Positions 50,681 through 61,776 of a stretch of DNA of 64,000 nt are shown here, one piece after another. Every line of letters begins with the position of its first letter. Position 1 is the stretch's first letter. Both the position numbers and the translations under genes were made by a program. The stretch lies in the NCBI GenBank assembly GCA_028023455.1, contig JAQFVV010000007.1, positions 15,500,001 through 15,564,000 of the forward strand, read 5' to 3'. This stretch comes from Epiperipatus broadwayi (lineage: Eukaryota > Animalia > Onychophora). The notes beneath the pieces were generated by a model. That model did not search any database. It saw only the letters and a list, made by a program, of their open reading frames with translations, and was not told the DNA's origin.

Positions 50681-52312
50681 TTTATTTTATCTTTTATTCT
50701 TCCTTCTACATTTAAATACCTGAGAGCTTTTTCAACATATTTACGTTATTCTTATCAAAACTTTTTTTAGTAAATGAAGGCTTAAGGTCCTTATTCACAA
50801 TCATCTCCCGTAATGATGATTCTATCTAATTTCCATTTTTAACATATATATTTGTGGTACAATTTAATTTAAAAATTATATACATAAAAGCATTAGCATA
50901 AAAAACAAGATTATGAAAAAGACAGTTCAGTAATAACTTGCAGCAGAGTTTATTCATATACATATACTACAAAGAAATCAAATCATATGTCACATGATCT
51001 AATTTGTGAGCTCTGTATATAATATACATATATATATTCCCAATCTGCATATGTACATTTGCAAATGTGTTTGTTCATTGTATGACATTAGGAAACACAA
51101 TATTTTGCAGGTCTAGCAGAATTATCCATATCATTATTGCATATGGGAGCTATATCAATTCATATTTCATAGTAATGATAAATGGGTGTAAAATAATATT
51201 TTTGCTATGATTACAATTGTGATGGACTTTTCCCATACTGAAGGCATAAGATAAAGAAATAGCTGGCATGATTCATGATGCTAGTCATACAGATATATAT
51301 ATATATGCATGCGTGATTATGAATTTTTAATTTTTTTAATATATATATGATTAAATTATTGTTTAAATGAGGGAAAATCAATTAATTGCTTCATTTTATA
51401 TTCCAGAATTACAATAATAGTCCATTGAAAATTATAATATCCAAAGCTATTACATTGTTATATATATATAACAGACTTTCGCCCTATTATTGCCATTGTA
51501 TGTAAGTATATATGCTTGCAAGTTGAAAAATTGCTTATATATAGATGTGTAATGGATGTAAATATATACCTACTATAGATCATTTTAAATACACATACGC
51601 ATTTGTGTATTTACATAAGCATTTATAAAGTTCTCTTCTAACTCACTCTTCATCAGACACACCATATTTACAAAATGCATAGTTATAAGTGGAAAAACCG
51701 AACAGTTTCTCTCTCATTTCGCTAGCTGTGAGAATGGGGTTGCTATAGCGAATACTCATATATAATGATTAAAGATCAGAGAAGACAGCAGCTGTACAAC
51801 TTGGTCTTCTCAAAGGCTAAAAACCTCCACTTCTTCCTGGAGCTTTTTTCTATTGATCATGTTTACTTATTTTACTCAGAAGAACAATTGGTTACAGATC
51901 AAAGACAACATGTGCTGTGGAAAGACTAAATTTTTACCATTTTCAAAAAATAAACAAAAAAAGAGGCCATTTTAAAACTTTATTAACAATAAACCTAAAT
52001 TGGTTTTTTTTATAACATCTTATTATTCTTTATTTTGCATATGTGCAAAAATAAATTTATATTCAATACTGTAAAGGATGTAGCCCCCATCCCCTCGGCA
52101 TATATTTAAATATCTGCTATTTGTACACATATTGTGTGCCCCTGGAAATTAAAAAGACTAACATTTTTAAAAAGAATGAATTTTGTAACCTACTGTTATA
52201 TAATGGTTATCACATTCATCTGCTAACTTTTGATCTGGATTTGAACCTGGCAATATTTTTTCCAGATAATTGTGGATTTCTAAGCAATTTTAAATTTATT
52301 TATTTTTTCAAG

Positions 52313-52503
52313 AATTAAGTCAGTTAATTGCCTTCCAGTTATTTGTATCGGTGAGTGGCAACCAATTATTATGAGATGGGCAAAAAACAAAAATTCACAA
52401 CATCCTCATTATCTAGCAATTGTCTAAACAAGTAAATCTTATTCTCAGTTTTTTTATTTGCAGGGAGAAGCGTTTTCTGGAGATTTCGTAGACAGTGAAT
52501 TAT
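52313..52503 (+). other. Candidate exon pair (52313- or 52339-52350, and 52464-52503) of an unidentified gene
   Basis: CG/gtgagt donor, 113-nt intron ending tttttttatttgcag, then a 40-nt exon with AT/gtaaga donor; joined frame LSQLIAFQLFVS-GEAFSGDFVDSEL is open; protein not recognised. Confidence 0.3.
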
Positions 52504-53020
52504 GTAAGACTGTTCTTATATCAATGGTGCATATCTGTAATTCTTTATATAATGTTGAGAAATATTAAAAACTTTTATTATTCATAAAAAGTGTTCTTCA
52601 ATCCACTTTAACCAAAAATATCTTTTATCTGTATGGAGTTGACTCATGTTGCCGTGTATATATTCACCTTTTTATAAATATTATATACAATAAGATGTAG
52701 ATTACACAAACTTAAATTATACATTTATCAATTATCCAACTACACTTTGAATTACAAGTGTCAAATTAACACAACCATCCACTTTAAATAAATATAGTAA
52801 TGACTATTATTAATTATCTACTAAACTAAAGATTGTCTTTAGTTTAGATATAAACTTTAAAATTCAATTAAAGATTAGTATATCTGATCCTTTAAAATTA
52901 AACACATAAACACATGAAATTATTCACAAATTTTTTCCACAAGTATAATATCTTTATAAATATATCAAATAACCTGAATATTACATATTCTTTTAAATTC
53001 ATATAAAAGACAAATGACCC

Positions 53021-53060
53021 CCAAGATGCATTTTGTGCTGAACCAGCACTCATCAGTTGG
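53021..53060 (-). ncRNA. Minimal type-I hammerhead ribozyme (family B) with a single core mutation
   Basis: Minus strand CCAA-CTGATGA-GTGCT-GGTTC-AGCAC-AAAA-TGCA-TC-TTGG: perfect stems I and II, palindromic UGCA loop, AUC triplet; GAAA reads AAAA. Confidence 0.75.
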
Positions 53061-53604
53061 CCCAGGTCACTATCTCTTATATATGTAATATTTTATATGT
53101 ATGTTTATTATGTATATTTATCTTTTATTGTATCATTATTTATATGAATTTAAAAGAATGTTGTAATGCTATATTAAAAAATAATTTTCAATACAAAACA
53201 GTAAACTTATGAAGTGTAGTTCTAATATTCTGGTCAATATTATGTCATTCTATCTGTATACACAAAGACTAATTTACAAACCAGTATATAATTAATGCTG
53301 AAGATTTTGGTATGCAATATGTTGAGGAAATGTAATATGGAAAGAAACTATAACAAAAACTTATACAAGAGACTATACAAAAAAGTTATACAAGATGCAC
53401 TTAAAATCTGAATAAAGTTCACAATTTTTGCCTAGTGCTCTTTCAACTAAAGATTTTAAGTACATCTCATATTTGTTTTGCATATAGTTATTTTTCCATA
53501 GTATATAATTAAAATGCTTAAGTTTTGTTCAGGTATCATAAATCATAATTTCACAATTTATTTGCTTTGATTTTATTTTTTGTCTACCATTTAGTTAATA
53601 ATTA

Positions 53605-54510
53605 ATTTAAACCTATTATTATAAAGTGCTGAAAACTTTGAAATTATTCAAATGGAAATCAATCTCTGATAATGTGCTATTTTTTAAATATTATAAATCT
53701 CCATGCACTCTCCCACCACTAAGAGTTTAAAAAACTTAAGTGAATCACTTAAATTTAGAGCATACATTCTATACATACCAACACTTACAGATTATGCTTA
53801 AATCAGGGCTTGAGTCTATTGTGTGCCTGATGTTATAATCAAATATTTACTTGTACAAATCTATTTAACCCATCGCAGGAGAAAGACAGTCTCACATTTT
53901 TAACCACCTATGATTAGACAGACATGACTTATAAATGTAAACCTATTATTATAAAGTGCTGAAAACTTTGAAATTATTCAAATGGAAGTCAATCTCTGAT
54001 AATGCGCTATTTCTTAAATATTATATAAATCTCTGCCCACTCTCCCACTGGTAAGAGTCTAAAAAACTTAAGTGAATCGCTTAAGTTTAAATGCACCAAT
54101 TCTTACAGACCATGCTTAAATCATGGCTTGAGTCTACTATGTGCCCGATGTTATAATCAAATCTTCAATTGTACAAATCTATTTAATCCATCGCAGGATA
54201 AAAAGTGTCTAATTTTTAACCAACTACGATTAGACAAACATGTAGGTGGTTAAAGATATGATACTGTCTTTCTCCTGCAATGAGTTAAATAGATTTGTAC
54301 AATTGAATATTTGATTATAACATTAGACACACAATATATTCAAGTCCTGATTTAAGTATGATCTATAAGAGTTGGTGTATATAGAATGCACACTCTAAAC
54401 TTAAGTGATTCACTTTAGTATTTTAAACTCTTACTGGCGGGAGAGTGTGCGGAGATGTATAATATTTAAGAAATAGTCCATTATCGGAAATTGACTTCTG
54501 TTTGAATAAA
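53605..54510. mobile_element. Two ~330-bp direct repeats followed by an inverted copy (Penelope pLTR-like arrangement)
   Basis: Unit 1 about 53607-53938, unit 2 about 53939-54241, inverted unit about 54240-54510. Confidence 0.7.
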
Positions 54511-56749
54511 GTTTGATAATTTTTAAAAAAAATTTGCTAAAGGTTTTTCAGAAGACAAGTTATGAAAATTAAATATTAGCTAGATAACCATATACAATTT
54601 AAAATTTTGAACAACTCCTTGCATTGGAAGTGAGTGATGAATAAAAAATATAGGGATGATAAAAGTATAGCACATAACTAAACCATGATTAAATAGTATT
54701 GTTGTTTTTATTTTTAATGATTACTTCATTTCTATAACTCTGTTTTATTTATTCAGAGGACTTGAGTCTCTTTTAAATTACATTAAACCTATATTTCTTT
54801 GTAACTCAATAATAAATTTCCCCATCTACACTTTGCCATTTGGTTATATCACATTTCAATGCATTGTTAAGTTTTTCCATATGTATATTTTTCCTCTACA
54901 GAATTAATATTTTTCTATGTTTTCTTTGCCATTTTATTCATTATCTCATTATAAATCCATGGCTTTGTGTTATCTATTTTATAATGTGCTGCTTTTATAG
55001 CCAGTAATGTCAGAAGGAATAGAGTTGTCTGATTTATTCCAGTAGGCTATATTTAAAATTTTTACTTTTATGAATTTCATTTCAAATATCAAATGCCTCT
55101 CTAAAGATGTATTTCTCACCTATTCGTCAACTGGAATCACACCCATTATCTGTGCCATGCCAGTTTATTGCCTGCTTCTTTTTTTTTTTTTTTTTACAAT
55201 CTATTTCATTTTTATTAGCATGATTTTTTATTTATTTAGTACAGTTGGATTATTTTTGTTCATTTTTATATTGGACTATTTCCATCATCTAATGTGAGAA
55301 TTAAATGTCATAGTCACAGCTAAATCATATCCTTTTTTTAAAGCTTAAAAAAAAAAAAAAAAAAAAGGAAGAGGACGGAGAAATGAGATTAATGTAAATT
55401 TATTTATTTCTCTTATAATTTTCTATAGTAAATATAAATAGTACTTATTTACCCTTTATAAATGAATTATAAATATTAGTATTTTTACTCTATAACTTTT
55501 AAGTAATGCAATGTCCTTCACATGTAACCATAATTTTCAGGAAAATTTTATACTTTTCAATTTTCTCACTTTACCAGTACAGACGTCTCTGTGGCCAAAG
55601 TAATCATTCAAAGAGAACAATGCTTAGAAAACTATTTTTATGCATGTTTCTGAAAATAAATTAACGGCAAGTGTGGACACACAGACTACTTATCAAGTAA
55701 AAAAAGAATGTTGATTGCAAGAACAATAAACAAATATTAAAGTAAATTAAATTCCGGATTTCCCCTTAAAGCACAGATGTGACAGAGTTGAAATTGTTTT
55801 GTATGATCATATTATGGATAATTCTTTAAAGAAGTATATAACTCAGAAGGATTGACGATGGCAGATGATGATGATTAAAGCTGAAATGTATGGACATCAT
55901 CACAGAAAAGAATGCACTATTGGCAAATATGAAATCAAAATGATGATAGGCCATTCTAAGAAATAGACCTAATAGTGATAATAAAACAACGAAAATATAA
56001 ACAGTGCTTTGTAAATTATTTTTTCAAAAATTAAATAAATCTGAAGTCTAGTTACCCAAATTGGTCTTTTGAAAAAACTTTGCAACTCTCTGATTACAAT
56101 TTTCTTCTAAGTAAACACATTTCAGTAGAACAAACCTTATAGTGATGCTAGTTGTTAAGAATAGGGAAAAACATAATTACTGTTTAAATGTTTGCATAGT
56201 TAAAGAAAAAAATACCCCAATAATTTGTTGACACGGAGGTCTAAGATATTCCCATAGCTGAACTGGCAGAATTGAGCTATGATGTGCTTTAGTTCTGGAG
56301 TCATCACAGCTATCGCTGGACAAAATCGTGCAGAGTAATATGTAAAGGGATCACCTGTTCAATTTATATATATATTATTTTTTCAAGAACAAACTGAAAG
56401 ACAAATGATTAATTTTAAACCTATATATAAATCGAATAAACAATTTTAAAAATGTTTTTTGAGAAATAATTGTCTACTTATTTAAAAACATGTTTGCTTC
56501 TCCATTCATTGTAAATCAATACCATTTATATTCATTTACAACACTATTTTAACTTCTATTATTTTGTTGCCTAGCATAGACGCTGGCAACACTAATGGAT
56601 TCCAAATATTGAAGTAAAAAAGTAATATTTCAATGCTGTTTTTTTTTCTTCTAATTTTTAAAACAACAAGTACAATTATAATGTAAAATAATGATTGATA
56701 ATTATGAATTAAAAGTTAACCACTCTAAAAAATCTTGTTTAAATTATTA

Positions 56750-57275
56750 CTACACATGGTGAAATTAATCATAGAATTAAACCTGGATGGAGTGCTTTTG
56801 ATAGAAATGAGTTGTAGTAAAAGGAGAAATACATCCGTGTGTTGAAAAGAAAGATTTTTAATAGATGTGTTGCTTCAATTTTTGCTTATGAATCTGAGAA
56901 GGAGATACTTAATAAAACAGCATTATAGGGATGTCAAACTGCTGGATGAATTATGGAAAGATATACATTAGGAATACCAAGAAGAGTTTGAACAAAAAAA
57001 CATGGTTGAGAGAAGTATAAGTATCGCTGACATCATTGGATGAATTAAGACTGAAATGATGCTGAGTCGGATATATTTCTAGAAGAAATGATAATGGATG
57101 GACAGTTGAAATCTTAAATCAGATCCCAAGAGATTGTAAAAGACTTAAAAAGAGACTGCATATGAGATAGATGGATCAAATAAAGTAGTTTACCATTGTG
57201 GTATGGAGAGGAGAGTCTTTGTATCCGAAAAACTGGGTTAAACTTTAGACTTTGCTGCAGTGAACTGATACTTGT
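56750..57275 (+). mobile_element. Degenerate RTE 3' fragment
   Basis: gaaattaatcatagaattaaacctggatggagtgcttttgatagaaat (EINHRIK.GWSAF.RN) through gaaatcttaaatcagatcccaagagattgtaaaaga. Confidence 0.75.
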
Positions 57276-57520
57276 GGAAATGCTGATGGTGATATTAAAA
57301 TTCTAACAGTTATTACTTAGAAAAATATTAATGAATGCATAATTTAGGGATATAAATTATTAAATTTTATCCATATATTTATAAAGTCTGTTACATTTGA
57401 GTTATAAAATTGTTTTCACAAAGGATACTTTTTTTTTTTTTTATAAGGAATTTTTTTTTATATGCTCCAAAATATTTCTCTTTTAACATGGGATGCAAAT
57501 AATCGCTATGTCATTCCACA

Positions 57521-57780
57521 TTAAACAGGCAAAACTCTCCATACAGTAGTGCCACTCAGTGCAAGCCAGAGTAATCAATGGATGCAAGAAGGTAAAATCT
57601 AGATCTAGGTGCAGTTCTCTCAGATCCAAGGTTCATCACTGATGAAAGCCACAAGCTAGAAACTAATCTGAGGATATTGGATGAGTAGGCACTAGATAGG
57701 GATTTTACCTTCTTGCATCCATTGATTACTCTGGCCTGCACTGAGTGGCACTACTGTATGGAGGATTTTGCCAGTTTTAA
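57521..57780. mobile_element. Fold-back element with a hammerhead ribozyme in its spacer
   Basis: Arms about 57521-57600 and 57700-57780 are near-perfect reverse complements; the spacer contains the hammerhead motif. Confidence 0.8.
57624..57682 (+). ncRNA. Minimal type-I hammerhead ribozyme (family A)
   Basis: ATCCAA-GGTTCA-TCA-CTGATGA-A-AGC-CACAA-GCT-A-GAAA-CTAA-TC-TGA-GGATA-TTGGAT: intact core, AUC triplet, interrupted stem I. Confidence 0.7.
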
Positions 57781-58123
57781 CAGCTTGAGCAAGCATAAGA
57801 AATGATCATGTGATATTCAGTCCACATTCTTGACAGCAGAATTGTCATAATTTGCAGTCATTGTCTTTCAAGAAAGGATTAGTTAAGAAGTAATGATTTA
57901 AACTATATAATCCTGTACTAACCACTCTTTTTTATTAGAGGGGATAAGATTAAGAGAATTCTAATCATGGTCATTAAATGCAACTAATCAATATGTGCAG
58001 CATGAAGATTAGCACAGCAGCAGAATGAGTCTTGGATCAGATCTTCACTAAGTAAAAAAAAGCAGTCTCAATTTGATCATTTGAATATAATTGTCACAAT
58101 AGAGCATTCTGATAAATTTAATG

Positions 58124-58234
58124 TCATGTTAAGGTGATGGACTCTGGTTCTCTATGTCAATAGATTACAGCTCCACTCTCATTTCCAATGCTTCAAATTT
58201 CTTACAAATTCCCAAGTAATAAATCATTTGATTA
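58124..58234 (+). mobile_element. tRNA-derived SINE copy
   Basis: ggactctggttctc..aatgcttcaaatttcttacaaattcccaagtaataaatcatttgatta. Confidence 0.55.
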
Positions 58235-59399
58235 TTTTTTTATTGTTCTAAAAAAGGGATGTAACACATGAACCAAATATGGCTTTGAACTCAACCCCAA
58301 GGCTCTTTTTATCAAGATAAAAACATTTTTTATTCCCTCGTGTAATTTGTAAATAAATATTTTGATGCCTCTAGGAGAGTAAAAATCTGGAATACAGTCA
58401 TTTCTTGAATTCAGCCTTATTATAGAATAGTAATTATTGTATATACTAAGTATTTAAATATTAAAAATTTGTAAATAAATCAAGCTCTTAAAGTAATTTT
58501 TTGTTTTACTTATTTATTTTTAAGATAATTTTTATTTTCGTTATGATATATATAGATTCTATTATATTCAATTACTAAAATAAATGTTCAAATATATCCA
58601 CAGCCATTCAGAAATTTGTATTTTTCATAAATATATTTTTCATCTTACTCTACACATGGAACTTTAATGGTGGGATGGGGGAGATGGGACAAAATGGCTT
58701 CTTGCATTAAAAAGTGTGTCGATCCTTTCTTTAGAGCTAAAAAGATGTGAATCAAAGATCAACCAATCACTCTGGTGCTCCAATAATATGACTTTTCAAA
58801 GAAATAATCAATCATTCACTTAAAATTATACAATGGAATTGTGTTGGATTTGCTACATGGGTATTCAAAAGTTACGCAATCTATTGAACAACTTATTATA
58901 AAATTTTCTATTATGTTTTTAAATTGTCATGTGAAATACTTTTCATAGTACAATGCAGTTGTTAAGATGTATCACTGGACAACTGGCTTAGAAAGTCCTT
59001 CTTTATAAGAGTACAGAGAGATTTTTGATAATCATTATCAAACTGCTATAAAATATTAAAATAATAGAAATGTAGTAACAATGGCTTTTCTTGACTCTCA
59101 TCGTTCACTGATTCTGCAATTGACATTTTTGAAAAAATAAGAATCAAAAAATTTTAAGTTCATAAATTTTATAGCAGCCTGCAAATATGTGCCAATATAA
59201 ATTGTCTTAATCATCCATTACTTCCTTTGTTTATCACATGGTTGATGTCTCTAGATTTATTACTGTACTGTCTTTTTCATAACAATTTTTGTGTGTTAAA
59301 TGTTTTTATTGATATCTATATCACTTTTAAATTTTATGCATCAAGATAGATATAAATATTAAATAAAACCACACTTTATTTACAGCAATGTCAATGAAT

Positions 59400-59845
59400 G
59401 TTGGTTTGTTTAAAAGTAGGCTCTAAATATGGATGGCCACCCATATTCTAAAAATATTTATTGAGGGAGTTCTCATAACTCATAGTTCATGTTTGAAAGG
59501 TAGTTTGCTTCCATCTAAATTACATGTATCTCTAAAAATTATATGTTGTTTAATATTTACATCAATTTAAATTAATGTGGTTCATTATCATAGGTGACAA
59601 AAAGTGAGATACTTTCTTTTCCCTGGGATTAATTATTTGAATCTTTATTAATAAAAAGCTGATTTAAAGATTTGGCAGTTTAATAAAGTCACACTCTATT
59701 TACAACATATCAATTAATGTTAGTTTATTTAAATGTAGTCTCTAAATATGAATGGCTGCCTTGAGTTTTTAAAATATTTCTTGATGGGGAGTGCTTGCAA
59801 TTAATAGCACATGCATGAAAGGTAGTTTGCTTCCATTTAAATTAA
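59400..59845 (+). repeat. Diverged ~125-bp direct repeat, period about 315 bp
   Basis: ctctaaatat.gatggc..aaaatattt.ttga.ggag..tgaaaggtagtttgcttccat.taaatta occurs at about 59420 and 59740. Confidence 0.7.
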
Positions 59846-60084
59846 ATTATTGTAAGTATGTACATATATGTTAAAAATGTATCTTACAATTATGGATTCA
59901 AACATCCACATGAAGTTCTGAAACCAAGTGCTCATGAATATGAGTGATCAAGAGTGTTTGTATTTTATGAATATATATATAATACAGTGAAATTCTTCAA
60001 AAATAATTGTGCTCTCTTCTGCAAGTAAAAAGTGTTGTAAATTATTTTCAAATGTATTCATGTAATATAATTCTTAATAATGCT

Positions 60085-60118
60085 CTGATGAAGTCTGCAG
60101 AACAGTCAAAACTGTCAG
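60085..60118 (+). ncRNA. Hammerhead-ribozyme relic (family C)
   Basis: CTGATGA-AGTCTG-CAGAA-CAGTC-AAAA-CTG-TC-AG; same layout as 36700; GAAA reads AAAA after a C. Confidence 0.45.
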
Positions 60119-61776
60119 GAAAATAAAGAAATTATATTAAAATTTTTTGCATTAAAGTATATATGAGGGGAGATTTTGGAAATAATATATACTATAAGTA
60201 TATGCATATCAATATTTCTGCAGTGCAATGATTATTTATCCCTCCACAGAGTATTAAAAGTGGATAGAAAGCAGTCTACCTTACATAAAAATGGTGTGTA
60301 TTGAATTGTCAACTCTAAAACTTGTTACCTATAGCTTACTTGAAGAGCAAAGGTTGCCTGTGAAATGCTGTGAGTTTGGAAAACTAGCTTTATCCTTGGC
60401 GTTGCTCACATCAATGCAATAAAAGAATGTAATGCGAAACCTGTTCCCATACAGTTTACAGCAATATCACAAAAAATATAATTTTTTATGATTAGTTATA
60501 CTACTGAATTGAATATTTTTTAGGATTTTAGTTTAATAATAACGTGAAAGCTAAAACCTTTTTAGTTTAAATATATATTTTATGTGATAAAATAATTTTT
60601 AAAAATGGCTATGAAATTTTAACTGTTGTATTTTGTTTATGATCACTTACAATTGAAGAATTAAATATGTAGTTTAAACAAAATTTAATTAATTTAGAAT
60701 ATATTTACAAAAGCAAAATTTATTTTGCTTAGAAAAACTATAATTCTCTCCATTTCTGTAGTATGATGTCAACACACAGGTTATAACATACTTTGTACCC
60801 ATTTCAAAAATTTTCCAATGTTTGTAATATTTTAATCAGTAGTGTTCTCTTTTTGCATTTTTGTGAAGTCATTCAAAAATGGTTACAATTTCAATGCATG
60901 TTTATATTGTAAATTATCAGTTTTTAAAACAATCAAGTACAATAAAGCAAAAATTCATAGTCCACATAATTTTCCATAAAAAAGAGAGAGAGAGAGAGAA
61001 AGAAAATGATACAATATTCATCAAGATTTGTGCATATTTGTTGAGTTATTTAGTAACAACACAAACTAATGAACTTTTACATTTATATAGTAAATAATAT
61101 GAGAATGACTATTTTTGAAAACTAAGAAATAGACAACATAAAATAACATCAAAATCAAACAAATACTAGAAGTTACAATAAAACAAGAAAATTATATGAT
61201 GCTTTTTTGACTTTAGGGATAAAACTCACTTGTTTTTTATATCTAGAAAACTGTCTTGAATTATTTCCAAAATATTGCAAATTTTATTTTACCTCCTTGA
61301 TGGGCAGTCATTTTTCAGTTCTTTTTCACTTTGTCAAGTAGAAAATTATTTTAGAATTCTGGGAGTTTTTTTTTGTTTTTTTTTTTACAGAATAACACTA
61401 TTTTTCAATATTTTTTTGCATTTTTATTTTTAATAAATGTTTAATAAAATGGATTAATCTACCATCTTTTATTTACTTCCAAGCTTTGTGCTGATATTTT
61501 GGTTTTATAACTACAATGGTATTGTTAAATTCCTGTGGGAATTTTTATATTCTTGATCAATTACTGGATCTTTAAGATTTCTCCAATAAGTGTGCTAAAA
61601 CAATCCACATTTATATTTTGTATATTAAAACAATTGTCATTAATACTCCATGCCTAAGCATCCAGCAGTATAACATTTATCAAACTCTGCAATTATATTA
61701 TGCAATCAATAGTGAACCCATTGGAAACAGGAGTTTTCTTTAAATCATTAGAGGAATTAATATATATATATATATA

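Noticed and set aside
51764-51928. 54-codon plus ORF (MIKDQRRQQLYNLVFS...) and the 62-aa minus ORF at 48069-48257
   Set aside because: Short, no recognisable domain, no consistent splice context.
56205-56353. Minus-strand open stretch DPFTYYSARFCPAIAVMTPELKHIIAQFCQFSYGNILDLRV
   Set aside because: Looks protein-like, but the acceptor has an A-rich tract, there is no good donor, and I recognise no homology.
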